42,331 nucleotides of DNA from the NCBI GenBank assembly GCA_903876685.1, contig CAIRBC010000100.1, forward strand, positions 1 through 42,331, given 5' to 3'. Positions 9,679 to 18,538 of the stretch are shown here, one piece after another. The position numbers were made by a program, and so were the translations under genes. The notes under the pieces were generated by a model. That model was not told the origin of the DNA and ran no database searches. It was given only the letters and a program-made list of their open reading frames with translations. Each line of letters opens with the position of its first letter. Within the stretch, counting starts at the first letter, position 1. The stretch comes from an uncultured Nitrosomonadales bacterium. Its GTDB lineage: Bacteria; Pseudomonadota; Gammaproteobacteria; Burkholderiales; Gallionellaceae.

Positions 9679-12600
9679 CTACTTACTGCCCCCTGCCAAC
9701 ATTTCATAAGTCGCATAATGCTTCTGCAACTCCTTGTCATACATTTCCACCGTGACACCATTATCGTCATCCATATGTTTCAACAAACCACGGAAACGCG
9801 TTTCGTTATCGATGAACTCACGATAGGAAATGCTAGGCTTCGCCGAATCCATCACCAGCGGACTCTTGCCTTCCGCTTCGCGACGCGGATCATAGCGGAA
9901 CAGCGGCCAGTGACCGACATTAACGGCCAACTCCTGCTGTTTGTGTTGCTGGGACAGATCATAGCCATGCTCGACGCAAGGCGCATAAGCAATAATCAGC
10001 GACGGGCCATCGAAAGACTCCGCCTCCAAAAAGGTCTTCAAGGTCTGAGTATCCTTCGCACCATAGGCGACCTGGGCGACATAAACATGACCATAACTCA
10101 TGGCGATTTGTCCCAGATCCTTCTTGCCGGTAGGCTTGCCGCCCGCCGCAAATTTCGCCATCGCACCGCGCGGCGTCGCCTTGGAACACTGCCCGCCGGT
10201 ATTGGAATAGACTTCAGTATCCAGCACCAGCATATTGACATTACGCCCCGAGGCCAGCACATGATCCAGGCCGCCGAAACCGATGTCATAAGCCCAACCA
10301 TCGCCGCCAATAATCCAGATACTCTTCTTCACCAGATAATCGGCCAGTGTTTCCAGATCGCGTGCTACCGCGCTATCGATTTTGCAAAGCGCCTGACGTA
10401 AGGCCAAAATGCGCTCGCGCTGCGCAAAAATTCCCGCTTCGGTAGACTGATCCGCCTTGATTATCGCATCAACCAGTTCAACACCCACCTGATCCTGCAA
10501 GCTTTGCAGGATTTCTGTCGCCTGTTCAGCATGTTTGTCTACGCTGACACGGAAGCCTAGACCGAATTCGGCATTGTCCTCAAACAAGGAATTCGACCAG
10601 GCAGGACCGCGGCCTTCCTTGTTTTTGCTGTAAGGTGTCGTCGGCAGATTACCGCCATAAATGGAAGTACAACCAGTAGCATTGGCCACCAGCATACGGT
10701 CACCGAACAATTGGGTGGCCAGCTTGATATAGGGTGTTTCTCCGCAACCGACGCAGGCCGAAGAAAATTCGAACAAGGGTTGCATCATCATCGCACCCTT
10801 GATCGTCGAGGTGCGTAGCTTGGTGCGATCGAATTCGGGCAGATTGAGGAAATATTCGAAGTTCTCCTTTTCCTGCTCGCGTAGCGGCACTACATCGCGC
10901 ATATTAAGCGCCTTGTAACTCTTGTCAGTCTTGGAAACCGCCGGACAAATGTCTACACACAGCGTACAACCGGTACAATCTTCCGGTGCAACCTGGTAGC
11001 TGACATGCATACCCTGTTCAAATTCCTTGCCCTTGATCTGAATATGCTTGAAGGTTGCAGGTGCATTGGTCGTCAGGGTTTCAGAAAACACCTTTGAACG
11101 AATCGCGGCATGCGGACAAACCAGCGCACACTTGCCGCAGTAGATGCAGAGTTCCTCATCCCATACCGGAATTTCCAGCGCCAGATTGCGCTTGTCCCAC
11201 ATGGCAGTACCGGTCGGCCAGGTGCCATCGGCCGGAAATACCGATACCGGCAACAACCCGCCGCGTCCAGCCATGATTTCGGCGGTGACACGCTTGACGA
11301 AATCTGGCGCAGCTGAGCCGACGGTATCCGGCATATCAATCACGCTGGTAGCCGTGGCAGGGATTTCCACCTGGTAGAGATTGGCAATGGTTTCATCGAT
11401 TGCCTTCCAGTTGGCTTCAACAACCGCCATCCCCTTCTTTTTATATGACTTTTCTGCTGCACCCTTGATCTTTTCGATGGCCAAGTCGCTCGGCAATACC
11501 CCGGAAATGGCAAAGAAACAAGTCTGCATGATGGTATTGATGCGATTTCCCATCCCGGTCAACTTGGCGATGGCGTAGGCATCAATCACATAGAAATGGA
11601 TCTTCTTGTCGATCAGCTGCTGTTGCATCTTGTGCGTCAGCAAATCCCATATCTTCTCTTTCGAGACCGGCGTGTTGACCAGAAACACGGCTCCCTCGGC
11701 GGCAGACTCCAGCATTTCATAACGCTCAAGGAATACCGGTTGATGACAGCCGATGAAATTCGCGTCGTTCTTGCCAATCAGATAGGGTGAATGTATTGCA
11801 TGAGTGGAAAAGCGCAGGTGCGAGATGGTCGCAGCACCGGCTTTTTTGGAGTCATAGACAAAATATCCCTGACCATAAAGCTCGGTTTCCTCACCCATGA
11901 TCTTGATGGTATTCTTGTTGGCACCCACCGTTCCATCCGAACCCAGACCATAGAACAGACAACGGTTCACGCCCTGCCCTGCCTGATTGCGGAAATTAAC
12001 ATCCCATTTCAGGCTGCTATGGGTCACATCATCATTGATACCAATCGTAAAATGATTCTTGGGCAGCGTATTTTTTAGTTCATCCAGCACACCCTTGATC
12101 ATGCCCGGCGTAAATTCCTTGGAGGACAGGCCGTAACGCCCGCCCACCACACGCGGCATGACCTTGTAGCTGGCGGTGCCACCGGTAAAGGCTTCGGCAA
12201 TCGAGGTCACCACATCCTTGTAGAGCGGTTCACCATCGGCACCCGGCTCCTTGGTGCGATCCAGTACGGCTATGCATTTCACCGTACCCGGAATCACCTT
12301 GAGCAATTCGGCCGCGACGAAGGGACGATACAGGCGTACCTTGATGATAGCCACTTTTTCACCCAGTGCCGTCAGATGCTCAACGGTTTCTTCTGCCGCA
12401 TCGGCACCTGAACCCATCAGAATCAAGATACGCTCTGCGTCCGCCGCACCAAAATATTCATAAAGATGATATTGGCGACCCGTCAGGCTGGCAAATTTAT
12501 CCATCGCCTTCTGCACGATGGCCGGCATGGCCTCGTAATATCGGTTGACCGACTCGCGCGCCTGAAAATAAACGTCCGGGTTTTGCGCAGTGCCGCGCAG

Positions 12601-13245
12601 TACCGGCTGATCAGGCGTCAGGGCACGGGCACGGTGCGCATGTACCAGCTTGTCATCAATCATCTCGCGCACCACTTCGATCGGCACCTGTTCCACTTTG
12701 GCGACTTCATGCGAAGTGCGGAAACCATCGAAAAAATGCAGGATGGGAATGCGCGCTTCAAGGGTGACCGCCTGTGCAATCAGCGCCATGTCCATCGCTT
12801 CCTGTACCGAATTGGAAGACAGAAAGGCGAAACCGGTAGAGCGTGCCGACATCACGTCGCTATGATCGCCAAAAATTGACAATCCCTGAGCGGCCAGTGA
12901 CCGCGCCGCCACATGCATGACAAACGAGGTCAACTCGCCGGCGATCTTGTACATATTCGGGATCATTAACAACAACCCTTGCGAGGCAGTGAAGGTCGTC
13001 GTCAACGAACCGCTCTGCAACGCACCGTGCACCGTCCCGGCTGCACCTGCTTCGCTTTGCATGGTAATCACTTCAGGCACCGTGCCCCATAAATTCTGAA
13101 GGCCTTCTGCAGACCAGGCATCCGAATACTCACCCATAGGTGAAGAGGGGGTAATAGGATAAATTGCGATGACTTCATTGGTCAGGTGAGCAATATAGGC
13201 GGCAGCTTCGTTGCCATCCATCGTAACCATCTGTGCTTTATGCAT
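9679..13245 (-). CDS. nifJ: Pyruvate:ferredoxin/flavodoxin oxidoreductase (single-chain, homodimeric type)
   Basis: DGNEAAA, YPITP, QSEAGAAG, GLGSDGTVG, CIYCGKCALVCP, CTGCTLCVDICP, ACVGCGE and the TPP motif GGDGWAYDIG. Start set at ATG 13245 (AAGGAG upstream). Confidence 0.97.
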   Translation of the reverse strand: MHKAQMVTMDGNEAAAYIAHLTNEVIAIYPITPSSPMGEYSDAWSAEGLQNLWGTVPEVITMQSEAGAAGTVHGALQSGSLTTTFTASQGLLLMIPNMYKIAGELTSFVMHVAARSLAAQGLSIFGDHSDVMSARSTGFAFLSSNSVQEAMDMALIAQAVTLEARIPILHFFDGFRTSHEVAKVEQVPIEVVREMIDDKLVHAHRARALTPDQPVLRGTAQNPDVYFQARESVNRYYEAMPAIVQKAMDKFASLTGRQYHLYEYFGAADAERILILMGSGADAAEETVEHLTALGEKVAIIKVRLYRPFVAAELLKVIPGTVKCIAVLDRTKEPGADGEPLYKDVVTSIAEAFTGGTASYKVMPRVVGGRYGLSSKEFTPGMIKGVLDELKNTLPKNHFTIGINDDVTHSSLKWDVNFRNQAGQGVNRCLFYGLGSDGTVGANKNTIKIMGEETELYGQGYFVYDSKKAGAATISHLRFSTHAIHSPYLIGKNDANFIGCHQPVFLERYEMLESAAEGAVFLVNTPVSKEKIWDLLTHKMQQQLIDKKIHFYVIDAYAIAKLTGMGNRINTIMQTCFFAISGVLPSDLAIEKIKGAAEKSYKKKGMAVVEANWKAIDETIANLYQVEIPATATSVIDMPDTVGSAAPDFVKRVTAEIMAGRGGLLPVSVFPADGTWPTGTAMWDKRNLALEIPVWDEELCIYCGKCALVCPHAAIRSKVFSETLTTNAPATFKHIQIKGKEFEQGMHVSYQVAPEDCTGCTLCVDICPAVSKTDKSYKALNMRDVVPLREQEKENFEYFLNLPEFDRTKLRTSTIKGAMMMQPLFEFSSACVGCGETPYIKLATQLFGDRMLVANATGCTSIYGGNLPTTPYSKNKEGRGPAWSNSLFEDNAEFGLGFRVSVDKHAEQATEILQSLQDQVGVELVDAIIKADQSTEAGIFAQRERILALRQALCKIDSAVARDLETLADYLVKKSIWIIGGDGWAYDIGFGGLDHVLASGRNVNMLVLDTEVYSNTGGQCSKATPRGAMAKFAAGGKPTGKKDLGQIAMSYGHVYVAQVAYGAKDTQTLKTFLEAESFDGPSLIIAYAPCVEHGYDLSQQHKQQELAVNVGHWPLFRYDPRREAEGKSPLVMDSAKPSISYREFIDNETRFRGLLKHMDDDNGVTVEMYDKELQKHYATYEMLAGGSK

Positions 13246-13362
13246 CAATAACTCCTTCAATCATTAGTAGCCCGGTCACCGGGTGATAACTACAGGTTTA
13301 AAACAAAAAACTACTTACCGAAAAGGCCTAAAACCTTTTACAGCGAAATTCTGATGAAAATT

Positions 13363-13377
13363 GCACAGAAATTGTGC
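13363..13377. promoter_or_regulatory. Inverted repeat GCACA-N5-TGTGC upstream of PFOR (fits the GCAC-N7-GTGC NtrC-type pattern)
   Basis: GCACAGAAATTGTGC lies about 120 bp upstream of the PFOR start. No sigma54 promoter was found nearby. Confidence 0.3.
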
Positions 13378-13416
13378 GTTGAGTGCCTGATAAACTACCC
13401 TCAACCTTTTGATGAA

Positions 13417-13432
13417 ATTTGATTAATCAAAT
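13417..13432. promoter_or_regulatory. Perfect 16-bp palindrome, candidate operator upstream of PFOR
   Basis: ATTTGATTAATCAAAT has FNR-like TTGAT/ATCAA half-sites but with 2-bp rather than 4-bp spacing. Confidence 0.35.
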
Positions 13433-13638
13433 ATTTTCAATAAATTACCTAATATAAAATGCATCCACCGATACCGTTATCAGCTCAAAACTTTGCAATT
13501 TTACACATCATTTTTCATTTTGTCTTCACCCCCGCGCAGGAACACCCTCAGCAAGGCTTAACTTGATGAAAAAAATTGGCTGGTGAGGCACAGCGTGCCC
13601 TAAGGCAGAAAAAATTCAACTGGAAACTGAATCATTGC

Positions 13639-14628
13639 TCAGGAAAATTCAAGATTCGGCGTGCGATTCAATAAGTCGGCGACCGCTTCCGCAGCCGGAA
13701 CCTGCTGATAAAGGATACGGTAGACTGCCTCGCAAATCGGCATGGCTACACCCAACTGTAGCGCATATCGATGCACCTCTCGTACCGTATACACACCTTC
13801 GGCTACATGCCCAAGGCGACTGAGTATCTCGGGCAACTGATGCTGCCCGGCTAGCAACAAGCCCACCTGGCGATTGCGCGACAAATCGCCGGTACAGGTG
13901 AGTATCAAGTCGCCAGCGCCAGACAAACCGCCCAGCGTTTCAGGACGCCCGCCGAGCTTCAGACCAAGCCGTGTAATTTCGGCCAGTCCGCGTGTCAGCA
14001 AAGCAGCACGTGCATTCAAGCCCAGTCCCATGCCATCTGAAATACCGGCTGCGATCGCCATCACGTTTTTCACCGCACCGCCAACTTCCACCCCGATCAC
14101 ATCGGTACTGGCATAAAGTCGCAAGCGTGCATGATGCAGTGCTTGCGCCGTACTTCGAGCAAATATTTCGTCGCTAGACGCCAGCGTCAACGCACAAGGC
14201 AGACCACGCGCGACTTCCTGCGCGAAACTGGGTCCCGACAACACCCCGCAATGAAATTCCGGGGATAAAACTTGTGCTGCCACCTGATGCGGCAACAGCG
14301 AACTCTGTGCTTCAAAACCCTTGCATAGCCACAACACGTTGACGCATTGGCGATAAACAGCCAACTGTTGCAAAATCATCCGCAAGGCGGCTGAAGGCGC
14401 TGCGATAATGGCTAAATCGGCATTTTCCAGCGCGGCACAAAAATCAGCCTTTAATTCAATAGTTTCTGGTAGCGGTATCTCAGGAAGGTAACGATGATTA
14501 CAACGCTCGGCGCGCATCGCAACCATTTGCGCACTATCGCGTGCCCACAGAGTCACCCGATGACTGGCAGCCAGACTGATAGCCAGTGCGGTACCCCAGG
14601 CTCCCGCACCAATAACGGTGATATTCAT
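13639..14628 (-). CDS. gpsA: NAD(P)H-dependent glycerol-3-phosphate dehydrogenase
   Basis: GAGAWGTALA Rossmann motif, LSGPSFA.EV, GGAVKNV.AIA.G and GDL.LTCT...SRN. Lies downstream of secB. Confidence 0.97.
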   Translation of the reverse strand: MNITVIGAGAWGTALAISLAASHRVTLWARDSAQMVAMRAERCNHRYLPEIPLPETIELKADFCAALENADLAIIAAPSAALRMILQQLAVYRQCVNVLWLCKGFEAQSSLLPHQVAAQVLSPEFHCGVLSGPSFAQEVARGLPCALTLASSDEIFARSTAQALHHARLRLYASTDVIGVEVGGAVKNVMAIAAGISDGMGLGLNARAALLTRGLAEITRLGLKLGGRPETLGGLSGAGDLILTCTGDLSRNRQVGLLLAGQHQLPEILSRLGHVAEGVYTVREVHRYALQLGVAMPICEAVYRILYQQVPAAEAVADLLNRTPNLEFS

Positions 14629-14636
14629 TGATCAAA

Positions 14637-14664
14637 AGTCAGAAGACTGGAGACAGAGAACAGA
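14637..14664 (+). repeat. Four degenerate heptamers, inverted relative to the main array
   Basis: AGTCAGA AGACTGG AGACAGA GAACAGA, reverse-complement variants of TCTGTCC/TCTGACC. Confidence 0.6.
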
Positions 14665-14717
14665 TATGAATGCTCCGCAGCGCGGCACAATCCATAAATA
14701 CCCTGCGCTATCCCCCT

Positions 14718-15046
14718 TCTGTCCTCTGCCCTCTGTGTTCTGTCCTCTAACATCTGTCCTCTGTCCTCTGTCCTCTGCCCTCTGCCCTCTGTCCTCTGCC
14801 CTCTGCCCTCTGTCCTCTGTCCTCTGTCCTCTGCCCTCTGTCCTCTGTCCTCTGTCCTCTGTCCTCTGTCCTCTGTCCTCTGTCCTCTGTCTTCTGACCT
14901 CTGACCTCTGACCTCTGACCTCTGACCTCTGACCTCTGACCTCTGTCCTCTGTCCTCTGTCCTCTGTCCTCTAACATCTGTCCTCTGTCCTCAGTCCTCT
15001 GTCCTCTGACATCTGTCCTCTGTCCTCTGTCCTCTGACCTCAGTCC
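14718..15046. repeat. Heptamer tandem repeat array (TCTGTCC consensus), 46 units plus one overlapping the SH3 gene stop
   Basis: 14718-15039 is 322 bp, 46 in-phase units: 26 TCTGTCC, 8 TCTGACC, 6 TCTGCCC, 2 TCTAACA, and one each of TCTGTGT, TCTGTCT, TCAGTCC and TCTGACA. TCAGTCC at 15040-15046 contains the stop codon. Confidence 0.97.
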
Positions 15047-15516
15047 CCCCATACCCCGCTGCGCTGCACATAACCGACATCCTTATCGAGATGGCGCACC
15101 TTGACCCAACCGGTGCCGGTCGATTCAAGCCGCTCCAAAGCTACTTGTTGTCGAACCTGAAACAACAGCGCCGCAGCCAAATCCGGCTCGGCGCGCACCT
15201 CCAGCAACGGTGTCAGGGCAAACACATAACGCTTGTTACTTAACGCGCGCTTTTCAACCCAAGACAACGCCCCCTTGCTGTCTCGCACCTTGACCCAGTT
15301 ATTCAGCGTGACGACCTGTTCAAAGGGCATGTAACGATTAACCACAAAGAGTTTTTTGGCTTTGACCGAGGGTGCATCATAAAGCACGGCAACCTTCTCG
15401 GCCACCGACACATAATCAACCGCACAGGCCTCACCTGCACCTAACAGGCTGGCCAGTATGCATAAAATAGCCAGTCCGCGCCACACTGGGTAATGGGTCA
15501 AGGGCATACTGCTCAA
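15040..15516 (-). CDS. SH3 domain-containing exported protein
   Basis: Signal peptide followed by two bacterial SH3-like repeats (LYDAPS...WVKVRD..G..SWVE; VRAEP...GWVKVRH...GYV). Conserved position between secB and gpsA. The start could be 15507. Confidence 0.85.
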   Translation of the reverse strand: MSSMPLTHYPVWRGLAILCILASLLGAGEACAVDYVSVAEKVAVLYDAPSVKAKKLFVVNRYMPFEQVVTLNNWVKVRDSKGALSWVEKRALSNKRYVFALTPLLEVRAEPDLAAALLFQVRQQVALERLESTGTGWVKVRHLDKDVGYVQRSGVWGD

Positions 15517-15962
15517 TGCGTGGTAGCCAACTGCTCCTGTTTGTGTTGCTGATAGAGCATGTCGAAATTGACCGGATTGAGCACCACCGGCGCAAAGCCA
15601 GCGCGCACCGCCGTGCTGGAAACCAGTTCACGCAAATACGGAAACAGGATGTTCGGGCACATGACCAGTAACACCGGTTCTATATCCTGTTCTGGAATAT
15701 TGGTCAAACGAAAAATTCCTGCCTGCTTGGCTTCGATCAAAAACATCACTTTTTCGCCGAGCTTGGCGGTGACGGTATTGATAATGGTTACCTCATAAAC
15801 ATCCCCCTCGATCAGCGCAGTCTGCGAACTCAATTGTATGTCTATTTGCGGGCCTTCGCGCTCCAGAAAAATATTCGGTGCATGGGGTATCTCCAGTGAC
15901 AGATCCTTTACATAAATTTTTTCAATATTGAATACGGGTTGATTATTTTCTGCTTCTGTCAT
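15513..15962 (-). CDS. secB: Protein-export chaperone SecB
   Basis: IEKIYVKDLSLE.P.AP, CPNILFPYLRE and GF.P..L.PVNF..LY motifs. Confidence 0.97.
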   Translation of the reverse strand: MTEAENNQPVFNIEKIYVKDLSLEIPHAPNIFLEREGPQIDIQLSSQTALIEGDVYEVTIINTVTAKLGEKVMFLIEAKQAGIFRLTNIPEQDIEPVLLVMCPNILFPYLRELVSSTAVRAGFAPVVLNPVNFDMLYQQHKQEQLATTH

Positions 15963-15980
15963 GTTGCTTCCTCTGTCAAT

Positions 15981-16238
15981 TTAAGCTGCTAAAAGTTGAT
16001 CCAATTCACCGGCATGCTCGAGCGCCGAGAGCTCGTCAAAACCGCCCACATGGACACCGCCTATATAAATCTGCGGCACCGTCCGTCTACCAGTTTTCTC
16101 CATCATTGCTACACGCAATTCAGGCTGCAAATCTACACGTATTTTTTCTATCTGCTGCACCCCCTTACGTTTCAACAACTGTTCGGCACGCACACAATAA
16201 GGGCAGACTGCGGTGCAATACATCAGGACATTTCCCAT
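15981..16238 (-). CDS. grxC: Glutaredoxin 3
   Basis: CPYC active site and TVPQIYIG..HVGGFD.L. Confidence 0.96.
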   Translation of the reverse strand: MGNVLMYCTAVCPYCVRAEQLLKRKGVQQIEKIRVDLQPELRVAMMEKTGRRTVPQIYIGGVHVGGFDELSALEHAGELDQLLAA

Positions 16239-16642
16239 TATTTCCTCAAAGGCAAGTTGGCTTTCTGCCAGGCAATAATGCCACCCGTCAGATTATAGAC
16301 CTGGGTAAAACCACGCTTGCCCAACAAGGCGCTGGCAGAGGCTGAACGATTGCCACTGCGGCACAACACCACAATCGGACGTTCCTTATCCAAATCGTTA
16401 ATTCGCTCTAAAAGCCTGGATAAAGGTATCGAAATCGAATGCAAAATATTTCCTGCCTTGTATTCAGCCTCGTCACGCACGTCCAGTATCAGTGCATTTT
16501 TATGATTGATGAGTTGCAAGGCGGCAGGGCAATCCACCTCTTTGATACCACGTATGCGGTTGCCAAACAAAGACCAGAGCAACATCAGTCCGCTGAACAA
16601 AGCAATGGTTATCGGTAATATGTTATTGGTAAGGAACTGCAC
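16238..16642 (-). CDS. Rhodanese-like domain protein (YibN-like, N-terminal TM)
   Basis: LDVR...EY..G.I, active-site loop CRSGNRS and L.GG..AW...NLP. Lies upstream of grxC. Confidence 0.92.
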   Translation of the reverse strand: MQFLTNNILPITIALFSGLMLLWSLFGNRIRGIKEVDCPAALQLINHKNALILDVRDEAEYKAGNILHSISIPLSRLLERINDLDKERPIVVLCRSGNRSASASALLGKRGFTQVYNLTGGIIAWQKANLPLRK

Positions 16643-16652
16643 GTAACGACTC

Positions 16653-18422
16653 CTATTTATTTTCGAGTGCGAATTCTAGCAGAGCTGAAAAATGTGCGGG
16701 ATCTTTATCTGCCAATTCCCTCATTTGACTGATCGTTACCGGCAAATCCTCGCGATAGGAACGTTTCGCCTGTTTCATGAGGGTTTTAGCCTGCTCAAAC
16801 TGTCCGTCCTGCGCCAGCAGCAAGGCATGGCGGTAAACCACCATACCAATCGGCGTAAAACGCATCACCCTGCCATTCAGCTCAAGCTTTTCCTTGAGAT
16901 GATCCGGGTTGATCTCGATCATCGAACTGAGAAAAAGCTCTGAATAGGGCGCCAGCAAGGTTTTGCCGTGTAGCTCGACCATCCCTGAACGCATACGCTC
17001 AAAAGCGCTACGCTCGGACAGATTGCGTATCATCAATAGCCGTTCCAGTTGATGATAACCAACGCTAAACTGCATCAGGGTCACAAAACCCAACGCCAGC
17101 ACTATCCCAATGGAAAGCCGCCCGACCAAACGCAGTTCCAGTCGATAACGCGTCACATCCAGCGCGCCAAGCAATACCGCCGCTACGGCAATAAAATAAC
17201 TGTACCATAATGGATATTCAAGCAGACTATGCACCCCCAACACCCCCAAGGCGGCATAACCCCACCAATATTCAGCACCAGGCTTTTCAGCCACCCGATA
17301 CAAGCCATACAGCCAGCTACCCAAAGCAAAAAATAACACCAGCAAGCCCGCAACGCCGGTTTCAGCAGCCAACTGAAAAACTAGGTTATGCGCATTATTG
17401 TACAAACCTACGAGATTGTTTGGCGGCAATTGGGGAAGCAACTGAAAATGCTGCCAGGCAAATTGCCCGAACCCGACCCCCAACCAGGGTGACTGGAAAA
17501 AAATCAACGACGCTTCATGCCACAAAAACAGGCGTATACCACCGCTTGCTTCATCAACCAAACGCTCCACGGTATTGTAATTACTGACAGCGCCCGCCAT
17601 GAACGGCAACTGCACCAGCAAATGCATCAAGAAAAATCCAGCCAGTAGTGACTGACAATAGCGCAATAGTGGCCGCTGCAACGCATCCCGGCGCGTCCAC
17701 CACCAGGCCAAAACGGTGATCAGCAACAAATATAACCAGGCGCTGCGTGAACCGCTAAGGGTCATCACCAACAACAGCGGTGCTGACAGCAATAGCACAT
17801 AGCCCAGCTTTAAGCGAGGTTGCAACAAACCCAGGGAAACCAGACCCAGCGCGATATAATCAGCGTAATGATTAGGCTGAGCCATATTACCAAACACACC
17901 GGCACCTACCTTCATCACGATTACCGGACTAAGCGGGGTACTCCAGCGATAATGCTGTAAAATACCGATAATTGCGCCAAGTTCGGCGCCTGTCAGCAGA
18001 AAAATTGCCAGCACCAGTGCCATTTTATGCATGCCGAGGCAGTCGCGCAATCTCGCGCCCAGCATGATCAGCAAGCCGGCGAACAACAAATAAAGCACAT
18101 ACAGCATGACCTGATCAAAATAAACAATCATGCCCAGCGCGTATTGCAGCAAAATTACCCCAATCAACCCGACCGGCAACAGCACGATGCGTGGGATTTG
18201 CGGCTTCTGCCAATAGTCGCGCAATACCAACGGAAACAGCGCCAACACACCTAGCAATGCACTCCACCATTCTTGGTAGAAAGTGGTCAACGGATATTGA
18301 TGACGATAATGCAGAAAAGGGAAAACCCACATCACGCCGACCAGAAACAGGCTGACATAAGTTAAATGCACACCCCGCGCATTCAGTTTCTGCATCCCGA
18401 TGCCTAGCCGCGTTTCAAGCAT
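16653..18422 (-). CDS. PglL-family O-oligosaccharyltransferase / O-antigen ligase (Wzy_C)
   Basis: Multi-TM protein with FGNMAQPNHYADY, LSGSRSAW, PWLGVGFGQF, NAHNL..QLAAETG and HSLLEYPLWY motifs. The start is uncertain (18422 or 18395). Confidence 0.85.
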   Translation of the reverse strand: MLETRLGIGMQKLNARGVHLTYVSLFLVGVMWVFPFLHYRHQYPLTTFYQEWWSALLGVLALFPLVLRDYWQKPQIPRIVLLPVGLIGVILLQYALGMIVYFDQVMLYVLYLLFAGLLIMLGARLRDCLGMHKMALVLAIFLLTGAELGAIIGILQHYRWSTPLSPVIVMKVGAGVFGNMAQPNHYADYIALGLVSLGLLQPRLKLGYVLLLSAPLLLVMTLSGSRSAWLYLLLITVLAWWWTRRDALQRPLLRYCQSLLAGFFLMHLLVQLPFMAGAVSNYNTVERLVDEASGGIRLFLWHEASLIFFQSPWLGVGFGQFAWQHFQLLPQLPPNNLVGLYNNAHNLVFQLAAETGVAGLLVLFFALGSWLYGLYRVAEKPGAEYWWGYAALGVLGVHSLLEYPLWYSYFIAVAAVLLGALDVTRYRLELRLVGRLSIGIVLALGFVTLMQFSVGYHQLERLLMIRNLSERSAFERMRSGMVELHGKTLLAPYSELFLSSMIEINPDHLKEKLELNGRVMRFTPIGMVVYRHALLLAQDGQFEQAKTLMKQAKRSYREDLPVTISQMRELADKDPAHFSALLEFALENK

Positions 18423-18538
18423 AATCGTCCCAAAACCTTCATCAAAAAGGGTGTATTCTACTGGATTTTTCTAAAAATTTGCGTCACATAGCACACCATG
18501 ACAACCCGTATCAACTGAGTTAACTGAAAATACCAGTC

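Noticed and set aside
6806-10401. Long plus-strand ORFs (366, 257, 231 and 227 aa)
   Set aside because: Antisense shadows of ppdK and PFOR with no motifs.
14718-15046. Heptamer array as a CRISPR
   Set aside because: Contiguous 7-mers with no unique spacers and no cas genes.
14618-15052. ORFs reading LCPLSSV / EDRGQRT repeats
   Set aside because: Translations of the stop-poor heptamer array, with no evidence of real coding.
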